The translations under genes were made by a program, and so were the position numbers. A stretch of DNA of 64,000 nt from an uncultured Bacilli bacterium. Its GTDB lineage: Bacteria; Bacillota_I; Bacilli_A; RF39; UBA660. Location: contig CALVJQ010000004.1 in assembly GCA_944332265.1 (NCBI GenBank), positions 1,840 through 65,839 on the forward strand, read 5' to 3'. Below the pieces are notes generated by a model. It worked only from the letters and a program-made list of their open reading frames with translations, searched no databases and was not told the DNA's origin. This document shows, in pieces, positions 9,923 through 20,158 of the stretch (the first letter of the stretch is position 1; each line of letters starts with the position of its first letter).

Positions 9923-10720
9923 ATGAAGAATTTAGATGTCAAAAAACTTTTAGTTCTTATCTTAATAATTGCATTAATAGGAATCATTATTTTCTTTGTT
10001 ATTAAAGGTCTAAACAAAGAAAAAATAACTGAAGAAGAAAAAAAGTTAGCAGAAACAAGAATAGCTGAGTATTACACTTCTTTAACTTATGGTTTTAATA
10101 CTCAATATAGTGGAATCGATGTTTTATACAATGCAGATAGTATTGTCTTTGATGATTTGTCAAGAGCTTCAGTTCTAAATATTGCTGCTACTTATGCTAG
10201 TAGCGCTGAATATAATAATAACATATCACAAAATATTGTTGAAAAATTAAAAGCTAAAGGAACATATGGTAATATAGACGAAGCTAGTTTATATCTAGGT
10301 TCAAGTATTAGAAAAGCTATTAAAGACCTTTTTGATGTTAATATTGAAGATACAAGTGCTGCTGATAATTACGATTACATCTATGATTATTACTATGATA
10401 AAGAATATGATATATATATATCTGTTCGTAATGATGTTACTGATTACTCAACACCAAATGAATATGTAGATTATTCTATTATAGAAACTGTTAAAGAAAA
10501 AGATAAAATTAAAAGTACTGTTGCAATTGCCTATGCTTATAATGATGGAACTAATACAAATTACTACAAAGATCGTAATGGTGAAAAAGTTGTAGCTGAA
10601 AATGTTACTGAATTTCCAAAAGATAAAATAGATGAATTTGATAAATATGTATTTACTCTTAAAAAAGCACAAGACAATGATAAAAATTATGTATTTGAAA
10701 GTATTGAAAAAGTAAAATAA
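9923..10720 (+). CDS. N-terminally membrane-anchored protein, unknown function
   Basis: MKNLDVKKLLVLILIIALIGIIIFFVI signal-anchor followed by a Tyr/Asp/Asn-rich domain. The ATG at 9923 is preceded by GGAAAGAGG; the track ORF starts at 9887. Confidence 0.5.
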   Translation: MKNLDVKKLLVLILIIALIGIIIFFVIKGLNKEKITEEEKKLAETRIAEYYTSLTYGFNTQYSGIDVLYNADSIVFDDLSRASVLNIAATYASSAEYNNNISQNIVEKLKAKGTYGNIDEASLYLGSSIRKAIKDLFDVNIEDTSAADNYDYIYDYYYDKEYDIYISVRNDVTDYSTPNEYVDYSIIETVKEKDKIKSTVAIAYAYNDGTNTNYYKDRNGEKVVAENVTEFPKDKIDEFDKYVFTLKKAQDNDKNYVFESIEKVK

Positions 10721-10723
10721 ATT

Positions 10724-10758
10724 AAAAAAAGTAATTCACTACATGAATTACTTTTTTT
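10724..10758. terminator. bidirectional rho-independent terminator
   Basis: A7-gtaattca-ctaca-tgaattac-T7 between the convergent 9923..10720 (+) gene and polC (-). Confidence 0.6.
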
Positions 10759-10759
10759 A

Positions 10760-13700
10760 TTAAAATAAACTTAACTGATTACTTTCTGACATATTATCTA
10801 AACAACCCAAAGCTTTTAATTTTTCCATTGAAGAAGTATTAACTTTTCCACGGTTTCTTAAATCTTCCATTGAAATAAATGGTCCACCTTGGCGTGCTTT
10901 TACTATTGCCAAAGCAACGTTTTCACCTAAGCCATCTAATGCTCTAAAAGGAATAATTAAACCTTTTTCATCTTCAGTAATAACAAACTTTTTACCATCA
11001 CTTTTATCAACATCAATATTTTTAAAATAAAAGCCACGACAAACCATTTCTAAACAAATACACAAAGTTTCACGTGTATCAATTTCTTTATTAGAAGCAC
11101 TATTTCCCTTAGCATCTATTTCATCAATCTTAGCTCTAATTGCATCTTCTCCCTTAATCATCGATTCAATATCAAATTGATCACGACGAATTGATAAATA
11201 AGCACAATAATATAATATTGGATAATGAACTTTAAACCAAGCAATTCTAAAAGCTGAAGTTACATAAGCTGTCGCATGAGCCTTAGGAAACATATACTTT
11301 ATTTTACGACATGATTCAATATACCAATCAGGAATACCTGCTTCTTTCATCGTTTTAGCATGTTCAGCCCAAGCTGCCGGATCTTTTGAAGCTTTTCCTT
11401 TACGGACAAATTCCATTATTTTAAATGCTTTAGCTGGTTTCATCCCCCAAGCTATTAAATTAACCATAATATCATCACGACAACCAATTACATTCTTAAA
11501 TGGAACTTGAATTACTCCCTCAGCATTTGGTGTACATAAATCTCGAGCATTCCCTAACCAAACATCAGTACCATGAGACAAACCAGAAATTTTAATAAGT
11601 TCAGCAAATGTTGTTGGTTTAGTCTCCTCTAACATTCCAAGCAAGAAAGATGTTCCAAATTCTGGTACTCCCAAAGTTCCAGTTGGACAATACTTTCTTC
11701 CATCTTTATCAGTTAATCCTCTTAAACGATAGCGATCAACTCCCAGTATTTCCGGACCAGTAAATATCTTCATAGTATCTAAGTCACCTAAATCAATTGC
11801 TGTGACATCAAAATTATACTCACCATGTGTAATATATTTATTAGCTAAATCTTGTAACATACGTAAGACTGTCGGATCATCGTGTCCTAGTATATCTAAT
11901 TTTAATAAATCCGCATCGATAGCATGATAATCAAAGTGAGTCGTACGCCAAGCTGCAGTTGGGTCATCAGCTGGATATTGAAAAGGCGTAAAATCCCAAA
12001 TATCTTTATATCCTGGAACTACAACAATACCTCCAGGATGCTGACCAGTCGTTCTTTTAACCCCTGTACATCCAACAGCAATTCTTTCTACTTCTGGTGT
12101 GCGTACAAAAGACTTAATAATCCCTTTCTTTTTTAATTCGTCTTTACTATTAACAGCTAAACCATAGCTTTGAGCTTCTATTTTTAATATATCATGTAAA
12201 CGTTCTTCATAAAAACCTTGAACATAACCAAAAGCTGTCTTATCTGCAACTGTTCCAATCGTTCCAGCACGATAAACATTATCTGTTCCAAATAAGACCT
12301 TAGTATATTCATGAGCTGCTGCTTGATTATCTCCCGAGAAATTAAGATCTATATCAGGTACTTTTTCTCCAGCAAATCCTAAGAATGTTGCAAATGGCAT
12401 ATCATTACCTTGATGAATCATTACAGCCCCACACTTCGGACATTTTTTCTCTGGTAAGTCAAAACCAGAAGGATAATTTTCTGAATATGGAGTTCCATCA
12501 TCATCATTAAACTCACTATGTTGACAATCTGGACAATAATAATGCGCAGGTAAACCATTACATTCTGTTATTCCCATCATTGAAGCTACAAAAGACGAAC
12601 CAACAGAACCACGTGATCCAACCAAATAACCATCGTCATTAGAATGCTTAACTAATTTTTGCGCAATTAAATAAATTACATCAAATCCTCCACCAATAAT
12701 TCCTGTCAATTGTGCTTTAGCCTTTTCTGTTGCTTCATCATCACTCATTGGTTCAGTTGCAGTGCGTAACACCTGCTCTTTTTTTAACTTAACAACTCCA
12801 TCATAACCACTCATTATAACTTCATGCAATGTAGGCGTAAATATCTTATTAATTTCCTCTTCACTTATACCAGGATGTTCAATTGCAATCTTTTCTTTAA
12901 CTAAATCATTTATCTTATCGCCATAAAATTCTTGTGCAATACGTTCTTCAATATTATCTGGTAAAGGATCTCCATACATGCTATGAGCTTTAGCAAATAC
13001 CATATCACGACATGTTTCTTGAGAATGCTCTATAATAGGTGAATAAGGCTTATCAGGATAAACAACAACTTCTATTTCCTCAATCATATCTAAAATTTTA
13101 TTAGGATTATCAACAACTATTTCTTTTATTAATTCCTCATCTTCTAAAAATGCGAATTCTTCTTTCATTTCCTTAGTAGTTCTAAAAAATTGATTTGGAA
13201 TATGTCCCGAATTAACAACATCAGAATCATTATAATTACCATTTAAAGAATAAACATTATCTTTCTCTTTTATAATTCCTAAAACATTTAATTTTCTAAG
13301 AGCACTACTAATAGCTTTTAATTTTTCACTTTCTCCATCTTTACCTTTAAAAGCTTCTTCTAAGCTTTCACTTTTATTAGGAACATATATATAAGCTAAA
13401 TTTAACGCCGTTATTGGTATCCTTTTAACTTTTGTTAAAACATAAATATATCTTAAGACTTTTTCTTCTACTTTATTTAAAGTACTACCTTGTTCTTTAG
13501 CTTTTTCAATATTTCTTATAATATTATCTTCATTATTATTTCTTTTACTAACTCCATTTAAATACCTAGCTAAAGGATGTCTTCCCTTTCCAGGAACATT
13601 CTGATTAACAATAATTTCTCTATACAGACGATCCTCTCTATTAATATTATGAACATCTCCTGTTGCAACAACTAATTTACCAGCTTTTTTAGCACAATTA

Positions 13701-16552
13701 ATTATCTTCTTTAAAGCATAATGCAAATGTTCAATATTATTAATGTCATGTCCACGTAATAAATGAGAATAATTTTCTGGTGGTTGAACCTCAATATAAT
13801 CATAAAATTCCATAGCTTTAATTAAATCTTCATCAGAGCGAGTCAATGCTATATTAAATATTTCCCCATTTAGACATGCACTACCAACTAATAATCCTTC
13901 CCTGTTTTCTTCAATTAGCCTTCTAGGTATTCTAGCATTTCTTTGTAAAAAATTAGTATTAGCAAAACTAACTATTTTAAACAAATTCTTTAACCCTACT
14001 TTATTCTGTGCAATAAATGTTACATGTTTACCATTATCATATATATTAGCAATATGCTCCTTATAATTTTTTCCTGGAATATTTTCATACATTTGTAACC
14101 AATCATCTTTACACCACTCATATTTCCAACGATACTCAGTATTGCTAAATTTAATAAAAGGATATTCTTTTATTTCTGTATCATCATTCTCTTCTATCTT
14201 AGTTACATAATTCTTTATCGTACTTAATTCACCAATATGATCTAATAACTTCTGATTATTTTTAAAACTAATTTCTTCTAAAAGTCCAAGATTATTTAAG
14301 TCACTTAACTTTTCAATTCCACTAATTTGATTTAACATCTTATTAAAAATATAGCCTGTATTTTCTGAGTCGACATCAGCACCATGGTGTTGTCCAACAT
14401 AAATAACTAAAGTTAAACTTTTTTCACCAAAATCATCCATATATTTAATTTCGATATCATTTTCTGCAGGATGTAATTTAATTTCTGGTTGAAAATCAAT
14501 TAAAGTTATTCCCTCATTAACTTCAATTACTAAATTAATTGATTCTGTCTTAGCAGCTTTATGTAAAGTATCTAAATGATATATATTACGATATTTTTTT
14601 ACTCTTTCCTCTGTTGTAATATCGACATCATAATATTCTTCTTTTTCAATATTTAATATCTCTTCACCATCAATTTTGATACTTTTAAAAGCTTCGCCAA
14701 CAGCTGAATCTAAAATAGTTCCACTATAACCAGATTCATTCACTGTCTCCTCATCATCATCTGCTTCACCTGTATCTATTCCATAAAATTTACCTAATGC
14801 TTTTAAACTATGTTTTTTTAAATCACGATTAATAACTCTTGATAACATTAGCGTATCAATAATTGGATTATTTAAATTACCTAATCCATATTTATAATAT
14901 GCCATATCCAACATATTTTTATCAAAACGAGCATTATGAGCAACTAAAGGTAAATTACCAATCCATTCTTTAAAACGTTTAACTACTTCTTCTTCAGGAC
15001 TTGCATCTTTAACATCATCATCACTAATATCTGTAACTCGTGTAATCGCCTCATCAATATGATGTCCTGGATTAATCAGTTCATCAAAACGATCAACCAC
15101 TTCACCATTATGGATTTTTACACCACCTATTTCAATCATCGAATCGCCTAAGCCGGGATTAAACCCCGTTGTTTCAGTATCGAATATAACAAAAGTATTT
15201 CCTTCTATTTTTTCATCATTTGGATTAAAACAAACATTCAAATAAGATTCACACATTTCAATCTCAGATCCGTATCCAGCTTTAAAGAATTTAAGATTTT
15301 CCTTCTCTTCCATAGCATTAGCTATCATTTTTTCCATTTCGGCAATTCCTTCTTCATTGCCAGATTCTTTTATCTCTTCTAATGATTTTTTTAAATCATC
15401 TATCTTAGCTTGCGCTTTTTTCTTCAACCCTTTATTGTAAGAAGTAACTTCTCCAAAAACATGTGGAAAAGATTGACAACAATCATGATCAGTAATAGCA
15501 ATTCCTGCATGTCCCCATTCAATAGCTTGCTTAACTAGTTTAACTTCATCACACACTCCATCCATCTGACTCATCATTGTATGTGCATGTAATTCTACTC
15601 TTTTTTCATCTTCATTATCAGTTCTTTTAAAACTCGGAATTTCTTTTAAAGGTTCATAACTTCTAAAATTAAAAACTAAGTCATCGGCAAAGTTATCATA
15701 TCTAACTTGGCCTTTAAACTGAAACCATCCACTTTTTAATTCTTTTGACTTAGCTAAAAAATCTTCTTCATCTTTCGCAAAACATTTAGCTAAAATACTC
15801 GATGTATTATCACTTATTTTTAATGTTATTAAAAATAAATCCCTTCCATCTTTAGTTTTCAATTGATTAAATTCCGAACCAAAAACATAAGCTTCAAGAT
15901 GAACATTATTCTCTTCTCGATCAATACTATCTATTGTAATTACCCCTTCACGAGAGTAATCAATTTTCTTTTTAGGTACCCATCCATTACTCGAAGAATT
16001 AACTACTTCTTCATAAGTTACCTCAATTTTACGATTACGATCTTCAATAATTTCTTCTTGAATTTTTCGCTCATTCTCTTTATTGATTTCCGTTACAATA
16101 TCCATTTCATAAAAGCCTAAGTCTACTAAACCCTGACTTAAACCTTTAACTTCTTTAGCTAGAATATCAGCTTCTTCACTTTTACTATCTAATTCAACTA
16201 TTATATTATCGCCATCTATCCTAATATTCTTATTCTCCAAAGATACTAAAGACGGTCTTTTAACAATTAATTCTCCTAATAAGACTTTAAATGCTTCTAA
16301 AATATCTTTATCATCCATATCGCTATATATATAATGGATATAACATTTATTTTTACCATTAATTCCATTTAAACCACATTTAAGTAACTCCGAAGTTGCA
16401 ACAGGAGAGATTGGCCAATCATTTTCAATAAAAACATCAAAAGATTGTTCTTTACGGTTTAAAATTACTTGTGAAATAGTCGCTTGACAAAAATCACCAT
16501 TTTTATCTTCATAGCCAACACTATTCAAAAATTTACTTAACTTCTCCTGCAT
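10760..16552 (-). CDS. polC: DNA polymerase III PolC-type, unusually long (1930 aa)
   Basis: PHP motif HAHTMMSQMDG..ITDHD. DEDDh exonuclease motifs FVIFDTETTG, VAHNARFDKNML and QHHGADVDSE. Zn finger CPDCQH...CPKCG. Polymerase core GSRGSVGSSFVA, DIDLNFSG and GVKRTTGQHPGG. C-terminal HhH region. GGAGG sits 7 nt upstream of the ATG. Confidence 0.95.
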   Translation of the reverse strand: MQEKLSKFLNSVGYEDKNGDFCQATISQVILNRKEQSFDVFIENDWPISPVATSELLKCGLNGINGKNKCYIHYIYSDMDDKDILEAFKVLLGELIVKRPSLVSLENKNIRIDGDNIIVELDSKSEEADILAKEVKGLSQGLVDLGFYEMDIVTEINKENERKIQEEIIEDRNRKIEVTYEEVVNSSSNGWVPKKKIDYSREGVITIDSIDREENNVHLEAYVFGSEFNQLKTKDGRDLFLITLKISDNTSSILAKCFAKDEEDFLAKSKELKSGWFQFKGQVRYDNFADDLVFNFRSYEPLKEIPSFKRTDNEDEKRVELHAHTMMSQMDGVCDEVKLVKQAIEWGHAGIAITDHDCCQSFPHVFGEVTSYNKGLKKKAQAKIDDLKKSLEEIKESGNEEGIAEMEKMIANAMEEKENLKFFKAGYGSEIEMCESYLNVCFNPNDEKIEGNTFVIFDTETTGFNPGLGDSMIEIGGVKIHNGEVVDRFDELINPGHHIDEAITRVTDISDDDVKDASPEEEVVKRFKEWIGNLPLVAHNARFDKNMLDMAYYKYGLGNLNNPIIDTLMLSRVINRDLKKHSLKALGKFYGIDTGEADDDEETVNESGYSGTILDSAVGEAFKSIKIDGEEILNIEKEEYYDVDITTEERVKKYRNIYHLDTLHKAAKTESINLVIEVNEGITLIDFQPEIKLHPAENDIEIKYMDDFGEKSLTLVIYVGQHHGADVDSENTGYIFNKMLNQISGIEKLSDLNNLGLLEEISFKNNQKLLDHIGELSTIKNYVTKIEENDDTEIKEYPFIKFSNTEYRWKYEWCKDDWLQMYENIPGKNYKEHIANIYDNGKHVTFIAQNKVGLKNLFKIVSFANTNFLQRNARIPRRLIEENREGLLVGSACLNGEIFNIALTRSDEDLIKAMEFYDYIEVQPPENYSHLLRGHDINNIEHLHYALKKIINCAKKAGKLVVATGDVHNINREDRLYREIIVNQNVPGKGRHPLARYLNGVSKRNNNEDNIIRNIEKAKEQGSTLNKVEEKVLRYIYVLTKVKRIPITALNLAYIYVPNKSESLEEAFKGKDGESEKLKAISSALRKLNVLGIIKEKDNVYSLNGNYNDSDVVNSGHIPNQFFRTTKEMKEEFAFLEDEELIKEIVVDNPNKILDMIEEIEVVVYPDKPYSPIIEHSQETCRDMVFAKAHSMYGDPLPDNIEERIAQEFYGDKINDLVKEKIAIEHPGISEEEINKIFTPTLHEVIMSGYDGVVKLKKEQVLRTATEPMSDDEATEKAKAQLTGIIGGGFDVIYLIAQKLVKHSNDDGYLVGSRGSVGSSFVASMMGITECNGLPAHYYCPDCQHSEFNDDDGTPYSENYPSGFDLPEKKCPKCGAVMIHQGNDMPFATFLGFAGEKVPDIDLNFSGDNQAAAHEYTKVLFGTDNVYRAGTIGTVADKTAFGYVQGFYEERLHDILKIEAQSYGLAVNSKDELKKKGIIKSFVRTPEVERIAVGCTGVKRTTGQHPGGIVVVPGYKDIWDFTPFQYPADDPTAAWRTTHFDYHAIDADLLKLDILGHDDPTVLRMLQDLANKYITHGEYNFDVTAIDLGDLDTMKIFTGPEILGVDRYRLRGLTDKDGRKYCPTGTLGVPEFGTSFLLGMLEETKPTTFAELIKISGLSHGTDVWLGNARDLCTPNAEGVIQVPFKNVIGCRDDIMVNLIAWGMKPAKAFKIMEFVRKGKASKDPAAWAEHAKTMKEAGIPDWYIESCRKIKYMFPKAHATAYVTSAFRIAWFKVHYPILYYCAYLSIRRDQFDIESMIKGEDAIRAKIDEIDAKGNSASNKEIDTRETLCICLEMVCRGFYFKNIDVDKSDGKKFVITEDEKGLIIPFRALDGLGENVALAIVKARQGGPFISMEDLRNRGKVNTSSMEKLKALGCLDNMSESNQLSLF

Positions 16553-16563
16553 TTTTACTCCTC

Positions 16564-19464
16564 CTAAATTTTCTCTATACTTGAAACAACAACTTGATAC
16601 TTATCATTTCTTCTAGTAACTTGTCCTCTAACTTTAATAAAATCATTCTTTCTTATTTCTCCTAAAATTTTATTATTTCTAGGAAAAATAATAAAATCAG
16701 CCATTCCAGTTTCATCACTTCCAGAAAAGAATCCCATATCTTCTCCTCGTTTTGTTTTTATTTTTCTAATGCTATCTATTATAATAACTAAATTTACATA
16801 TTTGTCAAAGAAATTCTTTATATTCTTTATTTTCATAATTCCATCCTGATATTTAGATGCTGGATGATTTGTTACATAAAAGCCAAAAGTTGCAAGTTCG
16901 CGTCCCATTAACTCTGAATCACTAAATTCACTATTATATTCATAATCAGGTTTCATAATTAGTTCCAAAGCCAAATCACTACATAAAGCTGCATAATCTA
17001 AGGCACTATCAATACTATTAATAAGCGTATGATGATTAATGTTAAAATCTCTAAAACAATCTGCATCAATTAAAGATTCTAAAGTTTTACGATTAACACT
17101 TTTCCCATAAGTTCGTGCAACAAATTGATAAAAATCTTCAAACTTCCCATTTGCATGACGTTCATTTATAATTTCTTTAACAGCTGAACCACCGACATTA
17201 TGAATAGCATTAAGTGGCAACAATAATGCATTATCTTTTATTAAATAATAATCTTCACTAACATTAATATTAGGTTTAAACACCATAATATTTTTTTGCT
17301 TCGCTTCATCAATATACTCTTTAGTTTTAATATCGCTACCAATACTCATATTTAATAAATTAGCAATAAAATATACTGGATAATTAGCTTTTAAATAAGC
17401 CATCTGATACCCAATTAAAGCATAAGAAACAGAATGAGCTTTATTAAAACCATAATTAGCAAATTTCAAAATTAAATCATAAACTTCTAATGCCTTATCT
17501 TTAGAATATCCATTACCAATTGCTCTTTTAACAAAAACTTCTCGTTCTTGTTCCATTACCTCAATCTTCTTCTTACTCATTGCTCTACGAATATTATCTG
17601 CTTCAGCAAAAGAATAATTTCCCATCTTAACTAAAACTTGCATTATTTGTTCTTGATAAATCATTATTCCATACGTATCAACTAATATATCTTTTAAAGA
17701 TTCATCTGGATATGTAACTTTTTCTCTGCCTTCTTTACGCCTAATAAACGAATCAATATTTTGCATAGGTCCAGGTCTAAATAAGGCAACAGCAGCAACC
17801 AACTCACTAAAATTATCTGGTTTTAACTTTGCCAAAAAATTTTTCATTCCCGAACTCTCATATTGAAATATTCCCTCTGTATCAACCTTTTTAAATACTT
17901 CTAATGTTTCTTTATCATCCAAAGGAATTTTAGCTAAGTCAATCTTCTTACCAGTTTCTTTTTCAATTAATTCTAAAACATTTTGAATAATTGTTAAATT
18001 TCTTAATGCTAAAAAGTCCATCTTTAAAAGACCTAATTCCTCTAAGTACTCCATTGTTACTCCTGTTAAAACATCTTCGCCACTCATACATATCGGAATA
18101 ACATCATCTAAAGTAATTGAAGAAATAACAACTCCAGCTGCATGTGTACTAATATGTCTTTTCAATCCTTCCAATTTATAACTGATTTTATAAACACGTT
18201 CAATATCCTTATTATTAAAAACAAACTCTTTTACATTCTTATTTTTTAAATTATCTCCCAAAGTACTTTTTGGATCTAACAAATTACTTAACATATCAAT
18301 CATTTTAGAATCAACATTCAAGCATCTTCCAACATCTCTTATAACTTGACGTGCCCCTAAAGTCCCAAAAGTCATAATATTAGCAACCTTATCATAACCA
18401 TATCTATTTTTAACATATTGAACAACTTGATCTCTTTTAGTATATTCAAAATCAATATCAATATCAGGCATAGTTACTCTATCTGGATTTAAAAAACGTT
18501 CAAATAACAAATTATACTTAATCGGGTCAATATTCGTAATTCCTAAACAATAACTCACTAAAGAACCAGCTGCACTACCTCTACCAGGACCAACTAAAAT
18601 ATTATGCATTTTAGCATATTTAACATAATCATATACTATTAGAAAATAATCAACAAACCCCATCTTCTTAATTACATTTAATTCCATCAACAATCTATCT
18701 ATATAATTATTATCTAACTTACCATCTAATCTTTTACTAAGTCCCTTCTTACAAAGACTACTTAAATAAGCAAAAGAATCTGTAATATTATCATCATAAT
18801 GAGGAATATATCTTTTATTAAATTCTATTTTTAAATCAATCAAAGAACAAAATTCTTCTACCGATTTCGCATCTTCTTTTGTAACATCTCTTGCTAAATA
18901 AGATTCATCATAAACTAATAAATCTACACTTTCCCCTGTATCAATTTCTCTTAATAAACCTAAATATTTAATATCTTGAAAAGAAAAAGCTCTTATCTCA
19001 TTAACATATACAATATTATTATCTATTAACAAAGCATTTTTCTTTTCAAACTGATTACCATAACCTATAAATAATTCACTATATATCTTTTTAATTTCAT
19101 CATAAATTTCAATACTTTTATAAGGCAATACTCCTATAATATCTAATTTATATTTAATTAAATCAATAAATTGTAAATCTCTTTCTTGGATAATTGTATT
19201 AATCTTTAATAAATTTTGATATCCATGATAATTTTTAGCATATAAATATACTTGTTTATCAAATATTCTTACATTTAAACCAATAATTGGTTTAATACCA
19301 TTTTTCAAACATTGTTTATAAAAACATATACTACCAAACAAATTATCATCTAAAAGACCACAGGTACTAATATTATGTTCTTTTAAATATCCTATTAAAT
19401 CAGGAATTTTTATCAAACTTTGTAACAAAGAATAATCTGATTTAATTCCAATTGGAATATACAT
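16564..19464 (-). CDS. dnaE: DNA polymerase III alpha subunit, DnaE-type
   Basis: 966 aa. Has an N-terminal PHP domain, PGRGSAAGSLVSYCLGITNIDP, PDIDIDF, FNKAHSVSYA and a C-terminal OB fold. Its stop codon overlaps the polC SD. Confidence 0.9.
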   Translation of the reverse strand: MYIPIGIKSDYSLLQSLIKIPDLIGYLKEHNISTCGLLDDNLFGSICFYKQCLKNGIKPIIGLNVRIFDKQVYLYAKNYHGYQNLLKINTIIQERDLQFIDLIKYKLDIIGVLPYKSIEIYDEIKKIYSELFIGYGNQFEKKNALLIDNNIVYVNEIRAFSFQDIKYLGLLREIDTGESVDLLVYDESYLARDVTKEDAKSVEEFCSLIDLKIEFNKRYIPHYDDNITDSFAYLSSLCKKGLSKRLDGKLDNNYIDRLLMELNVIKKMGFVDYFLIVYDYVKYAKMHNILVGPGRGSAAGSLVSYCLGITNIDPIKYNLLFERFLNPDRVTMPDIDIDFEYTKRDQVVQYVKNRYGYDKVANIMTFGTLGARQVIRDVGRCLNVDSKMIDMLSNLLDPKSTLGDNLKNKNVKEFVFNNKDIERVYKISYKLEGLKRHISTHAAGVVISSITLDDVIPICMSGEDVLTGVTMEYLEELGLLKMDFLALRNLTIIQNVLELIEKETGKKIDLAKIPLDDKETLEVFKKVDTEGIFQYESSGMKNFLAKLKPDNFSELVAAVALFRPGPMQNIDSFIRRKEGREKVTYPDESLKDILVDTYGIMIYQEQIMQVLVKMGNYSFAEADNIRRAMSKKKIEVMEQEREVFVKRAIGNGYSKDKALEVYDLILKFANYGFNKAHSVSYALIGYQMAYLKANYPVYFIANLLNMSIGSDIKTKEYIDEAKQKNIMVFKPNINVSEDYYLIKDNALLLPLNAIHNVGGSAVKEIINERHANGKFEDFYQFVARTYGKSVNRKTLESLIDADCFRDFNINHHTLINSIDSALDYAALCSDLALELIMKPDYEYNSEFSDSELMGRELATFGFYVTNHPASKYQDGIMKIKNIKNFFDKYVNLVIIIDSIRKIKTKRGEDMGFFSGSDETGMADFIIFPRNNKILGEIRKNDFIKVRGQVTRRNDKYQVVVSSIEKI

Positions 19465-19578
19465 AATATCACCACCCTTTCGTTAATAATTATATCAAAA
19501 AACCAATATCTATTAAACTAATATTAACACTTTTATTAACAAATTAACTAGCGATAAAATAATAAAAATAACAATTTA

Positions 19579-19607
19579 ATTGACTTTATTAAAGCATTAT
19601 GGTAAAG
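19579..19607 (+). promoter_or_regulatory. candidate sigma-A promoter for rpmB
   Basis: TTGACT (19579..19584), a 17-nt spacer, then TAAAGT (19602..19607), with TG at the extended -10 position. It lies about 35 nt upstream of the rpmB ATG. Confidence 0.4.
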
Positions 19608-19641
19608 TGGGTAATGAAATGATTTTTAAGGAGGCGTAATT

Positions 19642-19818
19642 ATGGCAAAAAAAGTAAGTACAAAAAAACCTTTAACTGGTAATAGAAGAAGTCATGCTTT
19701 AAATGCAACAAAACATGCTCAAAAGCCAAACTTCCAAAAAGTAACTATCAATGGTACAAAAGTTGTTTTAACTGCTAGAGAAGCTAGAACAATGAAAAAA
19801 GAAGAAACAGAATCTTAA
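19642..19818 (+). CDS. rpmB: 50S ribosomal protein L28
   Basis: My translation gives MAKKVSTKKPLTGNRRSHALNATKHAQKPNFQKVTINGTKVVLTAREARTMKKEETES, 58 aa and therefore below the track cutoff. The GNxxSHAxNxTK core is diagnostic of L28. AAGGAGG lies 7 nt upstream. Confidence 0.85.
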   Translation: MAKKVSTKKPLTGNRRSHALNATKHAQKPNFQKVTINGTKVVLTAREARTMKKEETES

Positions 19819-19824
19819 TTTTTT

Positions 19825-19853
19825 AAAATCTACATATGTAGATCTTTTTTTTT
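19825..19853. terminator. bidirectional terminator between rpmB and rpoZ
   Basis: Perfect palindrome atctacat/atgtagat flanked by an A-run and a T-run, between convergent genes. Confidence 0.6.
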
Positions 19854-19868
19854 GCCAAAAAAAATTAA

Positions 19869-20066
19869 TTACTCTTTAATAGTAATTAATCCCTTTTCTA
19901 TTTCTTCCAAGGCACGGCCTAGTTCTTTTTTATTAACATATTCATTTTGTTTCATTTGAAAATGTTTAGTTTCTAACATTTGCTTACTACGTCTTGCAGC
20001 AATATGAACTAATTTGTACTTAGAATCGACAATATTTAATAATTTGTCAATAGAAGGATATATCAC
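19869..20066 (-). CDS. rpoZ: DNA-directed RNA polymerase subunit omega
   Basis: IYPSIDKLLNIVDSKYKLVHIAARRSKQM matches the omega signature (PSID.LL..v.skY.Lv..aakRArql). Start placed at the second in-frame GTG; the track ORF extends to 20075. Confidence 0.8.
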   Translation of the reverse strand: MIYPSIDKLLNIVDSKYKLVHIAARRSKQMLETKHFQMKQNEYVNKKELGRALEEIEKGLITIKE

Positions 20067-20158
20067 ATTTATCACGCCCTTACACTAATATCATACATAA
20101 TTTTCCCATTTTATTATAGTATTTTATTATTTATTGACAAATATTTTACAAATTATAT

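Noticed and set aside
10760-16552. Inteins as the explanation for the extra PolC length
   Set aside because: None of the extra segments begins with the Cys/Ser nucleophile directly after a conserved extein block. None ends in His-Asn followed by Cys/Ser/Thr. I see no LAGLIDADG or HNH homing-endonuclease blocks. The inserts are also spread over at least five sites. This still needs a profile search to be certain.
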